This document shows, piece after piece, positions 1 to 8,584 of a DNA stretch of 64,000 nt; within the stretch, counting starts at the first letter, position 1, and every line of letters starts with the position of its first letter. Both the position numbers and the translations under genes were made by a program. The stretch spans positions 33,244 through 97,243 of the forward strand of contig JBEKBM010000008.1 of NCBI GenBank assembly GCA_050015395.1. Reading direction: 5' to 3'. This DNA is from Candidatus Bathyarchaeia archaeon (GTDB taxonomy: Archaea > Thermoproteota > Bathyarchaeia > Bathyarchaeales > Bathycorpusculaceae). The notes under the pieces were generated by a model. That model did not search any database. It worked only from the letters and a program-made list of their open reading frames with translations, and was not told where the DNA came from.

Positions 1-2
1 AA

Positions 3-1259
3 GTTAATGCTTCTTTCAATCGAGAATTAACACAGCAAAGCAATCTGCTGGAAAAATTTTATGGTTTACACCCTGAGGTTCCAATGAGCGATTGGCTAAA
101 CTGGATTCTTTTAGCCGCAGACTCCTTCATAGTGGAGAATACCGCTGGCAGGAAAGCCGTCATTGCAGGGTACCACTGGTTTGAACCTTGGGGCAGAGAC
201 ACGTTCATTTCATTGCCTGGCCTTATGCTGGTTACTGGCAGATTTAGCGATGCAAAGGAAATACTTCAAAATTACATTCAATACAGCCGAAATGGGCTTA
301 TTCCAAATTTTGTAGCCGATAAGTCGGGTGAGCCCGCCTACAACACTGTTGACGCCACACTTTGGTATGTTAACGCTGTGCTTCAATACCTAAAATACAC
401 TGGGGACTCCGCGTTTGTTCAAGAAAAGCTTTGGGAAAATCTCCAGGCAATAATTGATTATCATGAGCGGGGCACTTTATCTGGTATTCGTTTAGATTAC
501 GACGGCCTACTAATGCACGGTTCAAGGCTAACGTGGATGGATGCAGCAGTAGGCGGCAAAGAGATTACGCCAAGAGTTGGAAAAGCAGTGGAAATCCAAG
601 CTTTATGGTACAATACACTGCGAATCATGCAGTTGCTGGCCAACAACTTCGGTGAGAAAGCTTTGGCTGAAAAATACGCTGTGATGGCAGATAAAACCAG
701 CAAAAGCTTTAACGAAAAATTCTGGAGCACCAACGCAGGTTGCCTCTTTGACGTTCTGGATGCTAATGGCGCTGATGCATCGCTTCGTCCCAACCAGATT
801 TTCGCTGTCTCACTGGATTTTATCATGCTGGATAAAGACAAGAGCGCGCAAGTTGTCAACTTGGTGAATCGTGAGCTGGTAACACCTTATGGCTTGCGTA
901 CTTTAGCGTTAAGTGACCCAAAGTTTGTCGGTAAATGCTTTGGCGATAGTCTAAGCAGAGACACCTCTTACCATAACGGGACAATTTGGCCTTGGCTACT
1001 GGGGCCATTCATAACGGCATATTTGAAAATTAACAGCTACAGCACCCAGTCACGCGAGTATGCAATGAAAAATCTTGTTTTACCCTTATTCAGCAGCGGA
1101 ATCAACCAAGCAGGATTAGGCACATTAAGCGAAATATACGACTGTGACTCACCAAACACGCCGAGGGGTTGCATCTCGCAAGCATGGAGCGTTGCCGAGC
1201 CCCTGCGAGCCTACATAGAAGACGTACTGATGGTCAAACCAAGATTTCAGTCTACTTAG
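3..1259 (+). CDS. Archaeal glycogen debranching enzyme / amylo-alpha-1,6-glucosidase, C-terminal part (5' end outside window)
   Basis: AGYHWF.WGRDTFISLPGL, LTWMDA, YHNGTIWPWL and QAWSVAE motifs; frame is open from position 3. Confidence 0.9.
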   Translation, partial: VNASFNRELTQQSNLLEKFYGLHPEVPMSDWLNWILLAADSFIVENTAGRKAVIAGYHWFEPWGRDTFISLPGLMLVTGRFSDAKEILQNYIQYSRNGLIPNFVADKSGEPAYNTVDATLWYVNAVLQYLKYTGDSAFVQEKLWENLQAIIDYHERGTLSGIRLDYDGLLMHGSRLTWMDAAVGGKEITPRVGKAVEIQALWYNTLRIMQLLANNFGEKALAEKYAVMADKTSKSFNEKFWSTNAGCLFDVLDANGADASLRPNQIFAVSLDFIMLDKDKSAQVVNLVNRELVTPYGLRTLALSDPKFVGKCFGDSLSRDTSYHNGTIWPWLLGPFITAYLKINSYSTQSREYAMKNLVLPLFSSGINQAGLGTLSEIYDCDSPNTPRGCISQAWSVAEPLRAYIEDVLMVKPRFQST

Positions 1260-1619
1260 TTTTTGGCTTTTTTCTAAGCATTTTTGTGGCCGGATTTTGT
1301 CACAAATATTAGGGTTATCCCTATCGGTCAAAGCCAAACATGTGCCTGCTACCGCCTACCCCTAAGAGGTCAAAATATATACGATTTTTAGATACGTTTG
1401 TATATACACTTATTGAGCGTAGACAGAAGCTGCGCACTTCCAACATAAAAACATGTTTATTCATGCACATTTTCGCGCAATTAACCTGTTTATAGTTTAA
1501 ATAAGGTCAGATCAACGCTGAAGAAAATAATTTTAAAGTGGCTTTTTTGAAGTAAATGATTATGCTTACACCATTAGTAAATTACATGAGGTAAAGGCAG
1601 TTAGGATTGAGGCCTATCA

Positions 1620-1657
1620 GTTTCGCTATAAGCGAAATTATTTAAAATAGAGCGAAA
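1620..1657. repeat. Left copy of a 38-bp inverted repeat; contains palindrome TTTCGCT-ATA-AGCGAAA
   Basis: Reverse complement matches 2351-2388 at 31/38 positions by manual alignment. Confidence 0.85.
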
Positions 1658-1659
1658 GT

Positions 1660-2337
1660 TTAAAGCGTGTGTTTTTGACTCTGCCGAGAACTCCACTCCT
1701 TCTCAAGTTTTTCAAGCAGGGCGTCAGCAGCTTCTTCTCCTCGAGCTGGATAGTTAAAGAGGTCCACGTACAGCTGCACTTTACTAACGACGATAACTTG
1801 ACCTACTTCAGTAAAGCCGTAAAAAACTCCTTCATCATATGGCAAAACCATTGATACATTTCCTCCTTTTTCAGTTGGTCTCAAGTCCAACTGGTTAGCT
1901 ATATTCACAGCTTTGTCCCTTTCTTTGATGTAGAAGTGGATAGTCGTCGGTCTCACATATGGCGCAATAAGATTAGCACCAGCTAAGGCAGTGAGAGCAT
2001 ATTCTGCGCTGCTTAACCTCTGCATCTTTGAAGTGAAAACTTCAATATCTCTCTCAAAAGTATGATAATTCAAGAAAGTGTTCATAGAAGTATAGTTGTT
2101 AAATGCAGCCCACCTTTGCAAAAGTTTCACCGGATCTGACACAATTAGCCTGTATCGCTCATTTCTATCAACATGCCCTTGATCGATTAGCGACATGACA
2201 GTGGCGTGAGTAAAACCCAGAGAAACCTTTGCCTCTTTTGATAAGTCCTCGATGGTCCAGCCTTTGAAAGGATCAATAAGGAGAACTCGTAATACGCGGG
2301 AGGCTTTAGGTGAAAAAATGTTCTGTGTTTTTCTCAT
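1660..2337 (-). CDS. Type IV toxin-antitoxin AbiEi-like antitoxin / wHTH regulator (AbiEi_2 family)
   Basis: N-terminal HTH (WTIEDLSKEAKVSLG), YALT..AGA, C-terminal VSKVQLYVDL....RGEEAA. Confidence 0.8.
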   Translation of the reverse strand: MRKTQNIFSPKASRVLRVLLIDPFKGWTIEDLSKEAKVSLGFTHATVMSLIDQGHVDRNERYRLIVSDPVKLLQRWAAFNNYTSMNTFLNYHTFERDIEVFTSKMQRLSSAEYALTALAGANLIAPYVRPTTIHFYIKERDKAVNIANQLDLRPTEKGGNVSMVLPYDEGVFYGFTEVGQVIVVSKVQLYVDLFNYPARGEEAADALLEKLEKEWSSRQSQKHTL

Positions 2338-2350
2338 GTGAGAAAAGTAG

Positions 2351-2388
2351 TTTCGCTCTCATTTATATAGTTTCGCTAATGACGAAAC
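2351..2388. promoter_or_regulatory. Right copy of the 38-bp inverted repeat; holds the TATA box (TATATAAA on - strand) of the antitoxin gene and palindrome GTTTCG-N7-CGAAAC
   Basis: Seen in sequence; TATA lies about 25-32 nt upstream of the ATG at 2337. Confidence 0.8.
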
Positions 2389-2459
2389 AAAACCTAAACT
2401 ATAAAAACAGTTCAGAAAGTAATAATGTTCCAACCTCAAATACTTACAGGTGACTATGC

Positions 2460-3257
2460 TTGTATGATAGGAACCAGACTGAAGTTTCTAAGGGTGCGCT
2501 CGTTGAGCTGGCTCTAGCACTGGGACTTTACAAGGATGACGCAGTTTTAGTAGGTGGATGGACACCCTATTTCTTAAGTCAAGGTTATTTTGAGCATTGT
2601 GGCTCTATTGATATAGACTTGGTTCTGCGTCCTTCCATTATGGCTCGATACGAGTCGATTCGGGATATCGTGCTGAGTCTTGGTTATGAACCCACGAAAA
2701 ACCCTTTCCGGTTACGACGTGAACTTATATCTCTTAACGGAGCACCCTTTCATATTGATCTTGATTTTCTTACAGAGCCAGAAGCAAGAAGTCAATTGGA
2801 AGACCTGATAGAAGTTCAAGAAGGATTACAGGCGGTTTTCATTCCTGGTTGCAGCATAGTATTTACCTATAACTATCTGGAAACGGTCAGAGGGGTTTTG
2901 CCTGCGGGCGGAGAGGGCGTTGCCAACATTAAGACCTCTGATATCGTTGGAACATTAACGATGAAAGGTCTTGCATTGGGCCGTCCACGAAAGTTGGCGA
3001 AGGATAGCTACGACATATACGCGGTGGCTGGTTTCCATGGGGGAGATCCTTACAAAGCTGCCTCTTTCTTCAAGCAACTGGTCGAAACGCTAGGCAATAA
3101 CGTTAAACCTCAAGTTACAGATATAGCCCTTAAGAAGATCAGAGATGGTTTCGCTTCGCCCAACCATTATGCAGCTCAAGCAGTTTCACGCTTCGTTGAG
3201 GAAGACGTCTCAACAGACGCATCAGAAAGAGTCTCAGCATTCATTTCCAAAATTTAG
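2460..3257 (+). CDS. AbiEii-like nucleotidyltransferase (type IV TA toxin partner)
   Basis: VLVGGW..Y and GSIDIDL nucleotidyltransferase motif, KDSYDIY; adjacent to AbiEi-like gene; TTG start. Confidence 0.75.
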   Translation: MYDRNQTEVSKGALVELALALGLYKDDAVLVGGWTPYFLSQGYFEHCGSIDIDLVLRPSIMARYESIRDIVLSLGYEPTKNPFRLRRELISLNGAPFHIDLDFLTEPEARSQLEDLIEVQEGLQAVFIPGCSIVFTYNYLETVRGVLPAGGEGVANIKTSDIVGTLTMKGLALGRPRKLAKDSYDIYAVAGFHGGDPYKAASFFKQLVETLGNNVKPQVTDIALKKIRDGFASPNHYAAQAVSRFVEEDVSTDASERVSAFISKI

Positions 3258-3275
3258 ACGAAACGCGGCAAAAAA

Positions 3276-4316
3276 CTAGGGTTTTATTGCTTTTCTGAGG
3301 CTTTCAGCGGCGGTTTCTGGCGTGATTGTGTTTATGTATGTTCCTGTGCTTAACTCGAAGCCTGCCCAAATTGACAGTTTAGGGTAGACTTCCAAGTGCC
3401 AATGGTAATAGTCTTGTGCCTCTTGGTTTATGGCTAAGTGAAAACCGTAATTGTACGGTGGATCATTCACTAAATCCTTTAAGCCTTTGAGGCTTGCTTT
3501 GAGAGTTTTAGCGAACGCTGACACTTCAGCATCATCCAAGTCAAGGATGTTGACGGCATGTTTTCTAGGCATAATCCAGAACTCCATTGGGTTTATGCTT
3601 GCGTAAGGAGCGAAGCCAATAAAATCTGAATCTTCGCAAATAAGCCTTGGACCTTTTGATTCTTGCTCGATTATGTCACAGAAAACGCACTTGCCGTGTT
3701 CGCCGTAGAATGCTTTACTTGCATCCATCTCTTCTTGGATTATTACAGGAATGATTGGTGTCGCGATTACTTGACTATGCGCATGAGAAAGCGACGCACC
3801 TGCTAGCTGCCCATAGTTCCTAAAAATTGAGACAGATTTGACGTATGGTTTTGCGCTTAACTCTCTGAGCCTATCAATGTACGCATGGATGACCCGTTCC
3901 AACTGGGGCAGTTGGGCGTCAGCTGGGTCCTCATCATGATTTGGAGATTCAATTATAATCTCATGATGTCCAACCGCGTAGCCAAAACATTCGTTCTTTA
4001 AGATTTCGGCTTCATCTTCTGGTTGTTTGGGTGGACTGAACGCTGGGTAAAGGTTTGGGATGCAACGGACAAGCCAGTTTTTTGGGCGTTCGCCAACCAG
4101 CGGGTCTTTAGCCTTTTTTATTTCGCCATTCTCTTTCAAGTATAGCATTAAGGCTGGCGGCGTCATGTTCTCGTTGCCAACACACATCGGACAAATCCCG
4201 CTTTGGGCAGTTTCAGTTTTTTGTTTGGCAAAATCGGTGGGTCTTCGGCTTCGTTCTGTCGCAATAACGACCCAGCGGTCCAGTAAGTAATCTTTCCTTA
4301 ATTCATTGTAGGGCAT
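3276..4316 (-). CDS. galT: Galactose-1-phosphate uridylyltransferase (HIT superfamily)
   Basis: ELRKD....WV.IA.ER..RP, CPMC.GNE, GASLSHAHSQ (HxHxQ), YHWHLE. Confidence 0.9.
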   Translation of the reverse strand: MPYNELRKDYLLDRWVVIATERSRRPTDFAKQKTETAQSGICPMCVGNENMTPPALMLYLKENGEIKKAKDPLVGERPKNWLVRCIPNLYPAFSPPKQPEDEAEILKNECFGYAVGHHEIIIESPNHDEDPADAQLPQLERVIHAYIDRLRELSAKPYVKSVSIFRNYGQLAGASLSHAHSQVIATPIIPVIIQEEMDASKAFYGEHGKCVFCDIIEQESKGPRLICEDSDFIGFAPYASINPMEFWIMPRKHAVNILDLDDAEVSAFAKTLKASLKGLKDLVNDPPYNYGFHLAINQEAQDYYHWHLEVYPKLSIWAGFELSTGTYINTITPETAAESLRKAIKP

Positions 4317-4535
4317 ATGTTAAGCACTCTGACAAACAAAGGTACTGACGCATTTTAGCATGACAAGAGATTTGATATTGAAATTTAATTCCATTACTAA
4401 GGTGACTTGTCATCAATGTTAGCCCTTTTTCCTTTTCTAATCATAGCTTCTTAGAATAAATCTTTTACTGAGTAGGTCTAACGTCTTTCTTTACTATGAT
4501 AGCTAACTTATAGTTTTCTTGCTAATAGCCAGCAT

Positions 4536-5237
4536 TTAATATTCTTCATAATCGTATGAAAAAAGTGAAGTCTCAACTGTGAAGGGATTTTTATAGTTAA
4601 TGCCGTATTGCCGTTGAGGATAAATCTCTTGACCATCGAACATGTCATTGAATGTCTGAGTAAAGGATGTGCCTTGTTGATATTTTGGCTCAATCAAACG
4701 ATATTTAAATAATCTATTTTTAGCTGGTTTATGAATGACATTAAGCAGAAATGCACCAGCGAGAGCATCTCTGACATTCTTTAGATTCGCTTTTTTGAGA
4801 TTACTACTTACATTATGCTTTATGTCATTATAGTAACCCCACCATTCAGGTATATTACTGCTAAAAGGTGTAAGAACTGTTCTTTCTGGTAGACCTTTAA
4901 ACGTAACTTTCTTAGAGCATAATCCGTATATCTCATCAAAAGCTCGTATGCCACTTACGATAATTCCACTCTTTTCCTCTGCTCTCTTTAGAATTTCTAC
5001 ACAAGAAGGTTTCTCAACAAATTCAGAATATCTCGCCATCTCTTTGAAAGCAGAATCAATGTGACTACCTATACTCAGGAAGAGATTAAGCAGTTTGAAA
5101 GAATACGTTTGTTCATTTCCATCTAAGTAAGGAACATATTCAAGGAAGCTGTCAAATTGTCGTTCTATGTCTTTGTAATACTCCCAATAACCACCATTTT
5201 CAAAAGTAGGATTAAATCGCTTTTCTTCTTCTGTCAT
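4536..5237 (-). CDS. Hypothetical AT-rich accessory protein
   Basis: 233-aa ORF; contains WW..YN.IKH motif; preceded by repeat copy 1. Confidence 0.7.
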   Translation of the reverse strand: MTEEEKRFNPTFENGGYWEYYKDIERQFDSFLEYVPYLDGNEQTYSFKLLNLFLSIGSHIDSAFKEMARYSEFVEKPSCVEILKRAEEKSGIIVSGIRAFDEIYGLCSKKVTFKGLPERTVLTPFSSNIPEWWGYYNDIKHNVSSNLKKANLKNVRDALAGAFLLNVIHKPAKNRLFKYRLIEPKYQQGTSFTQTFNDMFDGQEIYPQRQYGINYKNPFTVETSLFSYDYEEY

Positions 5238-5248
5238 ATTAAGGTTTA

Positions 5249-5278
5249 TTCTACGCTATTCAGATTTAAGACTTATCT
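5249..5278 (-). repeat. Promoter-like repeat, copy 1 (+ strand TTCTACGCTATTCAGATTTAAGACTTATCT)
   Basis: Near-identical copies at 5654-5681 and 5873-5901; each lies just upstream of a minus-strand ORF. Confidence 0.85.
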
Positions 5279-5293
5279 CTCTAAGTTTCCAGC

Positions 5294-5331
5294 TTACCGA
5301 GACCATTATAGCGCCTTAATGTGCTCTGTAA
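5294..5331. repeat. Imperfect hairpin A (TTACCGAGACCATTA-N8-TAATGTGCTCTGTAA), flanked by 9-bp direct repeats CTAAGTTTC (5281-5289, 5338-5346)
   Basis: 12/15 arm complementarity; direct repeats read from sequence. Confidence 0.7.
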
Positions 5332-5369
5332 ATATCGCTAAGTTTCTAACCCCTGAATGGTCGCAGTAA

Positions 5370-5416
5370 TTTACCGAGACCTTCTAAAGGACTATGGTCT
5401 AATGTACTCGGTAAAC
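5370..5416. repeat. Imperfect hairpin B (TTTACCGAG...CTCGGTAAA), related to hairpin A
   Basis: Perfect 9-bp outer arms; shares TTACCGAGACC and TAATGTRCTC with hairpin A. Confidence 0.7.
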
Positions 5417-5428
5417 TTAGCTAAAATA

Positions 5429-5629
5429 CTAAGCTCTTTTCTCACCAAGTTTCTGTTTTTCATCAAGTTTCTTTTTATTAGCTTCTCTTCTATTAGCTAC
5501 GAAAATACCCCATTGTTTTTTATTGTAAAGAGCTTTACATGGGTTACTATGAAAGAGCTTATTTTCATCGTAAGTCTCAAAGACTATTCCGCATGGACAT
5601 TTTCTAATAATGATTGTGTCGGATAACAG
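5429..5629 (-). CDS. Small putative Zn-finger protein (CPCG...HS..C), about 66 aa, apparent CTG start
   Basis: Manual translation LSDTIIIRKCPCGIVFETYDENKLFHSNPCKALYNKKQW...EKRA*; downstream of repeat copy 2; no ATG/GTG/TTG start. Confidence 0.5.
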   Translation of the reverse strand: MLSDTIIIRKCPCGIVFETYDENKLFHSNPCKALYNKKQWGIFVANRREANKKKLDEKQKLGEKRA

Positions 5630-5653
5630 CTTCTATTCCCCGTCTAACTCTAT

Positions 5654-5681
5654 TTCTACGCTATGCAGATTTAAGACTTAT
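5654..5681 (-). repeat. Promoter-like repeat, copy 2
   Basis: TTCTACGCTATGCAGATTTAAGACTTAT. Confidence 0.85.
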
Positions 5682-5687
5682 TCTTGC

Positions 5688-5852
5688 TTATTGTTGCACT
5701 TTGAGTACATCTACAGCATAAATAACGAAACCAACCGCAATCACAATTATGCCGAGATACAAATCTAATTGGTAAGCGAGCAAGCGCGCTGTTAACAAGA
5801 CTATTAGTCCAACCACCGCTAAAGCCATTCCGACCAAACGAGTTACATTCAT
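5688..5852 (-). CDS. Small two-TM membrane protein, 54 aa
   Basis: MNVTRLVGMALAVVGLIVLLTARLLAYQLDLYLGIIVIAVGFVIYAVDVLKVQQ*; GGTGA RBS; downstream of repeat copy 3. Confidence 0.65.
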   Translation of the reverse strand: MNVTRLVGMALAVVGLIVLLTARLLAYQLDLYLGIIVIAVGFVIYAVDVLKVQQ

Positions 5853-5872
5853 GCTTTCACCCTATTTTTCTA

Positions 5873-5901
5873 TTCTGCCCTATGCGATTTAAGACTTATC
5901 T
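5873..5901 (-). repeat. Promoter-like repeat, copy 3
   Basis: TTCTGCCCTATGC-GATTTAAGACTTATCT. Confidence 0.8.
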
Positions 5902-6057
5902 TTATGTCAGACAAGCCAGAGAGAATGTGTTCCCATTGCACCTCCCTCTGACTTGTTTATCTGACTGGGTAATTGCCAGAAAGATAGTTGCCACAACTTT
6001 CTATCAAAGCCGAAAGCAACTAGCAAATAAGCCTTCTAATGTACTCTGGAAAACTTG

Positions 6058-6096
6058 ACTACGTACATTCAAAAACTATACCTTAATGTATGTAGT
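6058..6096. repeat. Imperfect hairpin D (ACTACGTACATT...AATGTATGTAGT); related arm TAATGTACTCTGGAAA at about 6037-6052
   Basis: 11/12 arm match; shares the CTTAATGT core with hairpin A. Confidence 0.6.
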
Positions 6097-6402
6097 ATTA
6101 AAACTTCTCTAAGTTTATCTTACTTTCCAGTTTTAGCATAGTTGCCTATCAATCAAGCTTTTTGGATACACCATTAGATTAAATTGGCAAGCACATGAAT
6201 AGAAAATCGTTTGGAAAAGATAAGTCAAAAGAAGAAGCGCCTGAATAAATCGCTGCTACAGGTTTTGCACTATTTTAATTTGATATTTGAACGAACACTA
6301 TTCAGGGATTGCTCTAATTTTGTTCTGAATTTGTTTTATTCGTTTTATAACCAGATTCAGGACACGTTATAAAATATAAACTTAGCAGGAGAGAAAGTAA
6401 AA

Positions 6403-6504
6403 ATGCAAATTGCTAAAAGTAAAACTGTAGCTTTTGCGATTGCTATGGTCTTAATGTTTTCAGTGGCAGCTTCAATGATGCTTGTACCAACTGCTGGTGT
6501 TTAA
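6403..6504 (+). pseudogene. Orphan signal-peptide stub (33 aa) of a truncated secreted/surface protein
   Basis: MQIAKSKTVAFAIAMVLMFSVAASMMLVPTAGV*; AGGAG upstream; stop falls right at the predicted cleavage region. Confidence 0.55.
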
Positions 6505-6538
6505 CGAAACACTACATGTTCTTTAGAAGAATTCAAAG

Positions 6539-6892
6539 ATGGATAAATCAAGTTCAAGATTGCGTTTAATTCAGTTTAAGGCAGGATTAAACAAGTGGCG
6601 AATAGTTTTTTTGGTTTTTGCGTTATCCTACGCCGTTTTGCTCGTGCTGAATCTTTCTAATGTGCCGATGCAATGGGGTGAGGTTGTCCAGCTGAATGGT
6701 GCATCATTTTTAAAATGGGGACTATATGGCCAGTTTGTTAATGGCGCATTCTATCCACCACTTTTTGATTCCATCGCAATGATTTTCTTTAATTTATTTG
6801 GATTAAGCTTGGTTTCAGGTAGTCTAGTTTCAGTTGTTTTTTCTATTCTGATAATCAAAGCTCCAATTACCCGAATCTTACGAAATGGATAA
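6539..6892 (+). pseudogene. Truncated ArnT/PMT-like (GT-C) glycosyltransferase, N-terminal fragment
   Basis: First TM, MQW(G)E and FYPPLFD motifs, then ends abruptly in the next gene. Confidence 0.6.
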
Positions 6893-8264
6893 AACGGGTA
6901 TATACATGCTTGACAAGCATAGCATAAAAAAACTACTTAGTGAAAATTACCCCTTGTTAAGCATTCTACTTGGGATTGTGCTGATTTCTGCTTCAATAGG
7001 TCCTTACCAAAACGGGGATACGCAATGGGAATACGAAGCTGCAACTGGAGTAATCAAGTGGGGCATGCCTTATGTGTCAAGTTGGGGCAACATTATGAAT
7101 CAGCCACCATTAGGCTTTTACATTGAAGCACTGTTCTTCAAAGCCTTCGGCTTATCAATCGACACGGGTGTAGTCCTAGTAACTTTGTTTGGGCTTGGAT
7201 GCGCTGTCTTGGTATACAAAATTGGCAAGGTTTTGTATAGTAAGACAACAGGATTGGTGGCAGCTGTGCTTTTTGGTTTGACACCATGGGAACTTATCCT
7301 TTCAAGAAGCTTCTTCATTGACGTGCAGTGCCTATTCTTGAGCCTGCTTTGTCTATTTATAGGAATCATTGCTATTCGCAAAGGTTCGTTTAAGCTTTTT
7401 ATGGTGACAGGGGCTCTTTTTGCCGCTGCTTTTCTGACAAAGTTATTTGCCGTTTATATATTGATTCCACTGCTGTTGTTCTATGTTTATTATCGACCGA
7501 AGAAGCTAAGACAAACATTTAGCTGGTTTGGAGCGTTTTTTTTACCTGTGCTAATATTTTCTTTTTTGTGGTATCAAGTAATTTCAGGGCAAGGGTTGCT
7601 TTCTGTTTTTTATCAGAGCGATCTCGTGAACCGTAATTCCAGCGGGGTTGTTCCTTCGTTCTTTTTTGTTTTCAATTTTCTTGTAAATTATGGGTTGGGC
7701 TGGTTTTTCATAGATGCAGCAATCTTATCTTTGCTCGTTTGCTTAATGTACAGAAAATTTCGAAAGTTACTTGTTTTTGATTTGATTTGCTTGGCAACCA
7801 TATTATCTGTTGTAAGCGTCAACACTTTTTTGGGGGCTGTTCTTAATCTTAATTCGCCTTATCTTAACGCTATTAAGTATGATTACCAGTCCTTGCCTTT
7901 CTTTAGTTTGTTAGCAGCGTCATTGGTGAGCAAAGCCCTTTCACTGTTTAATTCTTTAAAATCAAGGGGAAAACTAAAGAAGCTGCTCTTCTTTTTTGTC
8001 GCTTTGGGCGGGCTGGGCTTAGTGACGGCGTCAATATTTTACAACATGTATTATGTGCATCAATTTTCACCCTCAGATTTTTTGCTGTTCAGAGTGGCGA
8101 TGGGCAAAAATGTGGGTTATTCTCTTTTTAACCCCAATCCAATTGGCAAATATAGCCTTCTAATGGGTATTCAATATTTGGGATTCGCAATTGTGCTGTC
8201 AGGACTTATGTGGGCAAGTAGACATGAACTTGTCGGGCTGCTAAAGTTTAGGAAGAATAATTGA
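6885..8264 (+). CDS. ArnT/PMT-family (GT39/GT83-like) membrane glycosyltransferase
   Basis: GDTQWE, NQPPLGFY, SR.F.ID, AFLTK; about 12 TM segments. Confidence 0.85.
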   Translation: MDKTGIYMLDKHSIKKLLSENYPLLSILLGIVLISASIGPYQNGDTQWEYEAATGVIKWGMPYVSSWGNIMNQPPLGFYIEALFFKAFGLSIDTGVVLVTLFGLGCAVLVYKIGKVLYSKTTGLVAAVLFGLTPWELILSRSFFIDVQCLFLSLLCLFIGIIAIRKGSFKLFMVTGALFAAAFLTKLFAVYILIPLLLFYVYYRPKKLRQTFSWFGAFFLPVLIFSFLWYQVISGQGLLSVFYQSDLVNRNSSGVVPSFFFVFNFLVNYGLGWFFIDAAILSLLVCLMYRKFRKLLVFDLICLATILSVVSVNTFLGAVLNLNSPYLNAIKYDYQSLPFFSLLAASLVSKALSLFNSLKSRGKLKKLLFFFVALGGLGLVTASIFYNMYYVHQFSPSDFLLFRVAMGKNVGYSLFNPNPIGKYSLLMGIQYLGFAIVLSGLMWASRHELVGLLKFRKNN

Positions 8265-8584
8265 TTAGTCTTTTCATAATTAACGATTGCATAATAATTA
8301 TTACTATATTTCTTGGGCTCTGAAATTTGCAGCTCCAAAACTCAACTCCAAATTGACTAATAAAGAAATTAGCCCAAAATCAACAGCGGACAACAGCCCT
8401 AAGAAGGAAGCAATCTTCCATTAAATAGGGGGGCTATAAACAAAAAAGAGCCTATAGCTCAAAGCCTTGGGCAACATTATTTTCTTTATCTTTAAGGATG
8501 AAAGCTTAAGTATTGAGGGTAAAAGCATATATCTGTTGACCTGTCCTTGTTATTTTTCAACTTTAAGGCGAACTAGGCGGAAAT

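Noticed and set aside
4440-6200. Canonical integron attC sites or a CRISPR array
   Set aside because: GTCTAAC heptamers exist (about 4476, 5642) but I could not pair R''/L''/L'/R' boxes; repeat spacing of 220-400 nt with ORFs between is not CRISPR-like; no cas or intI genes
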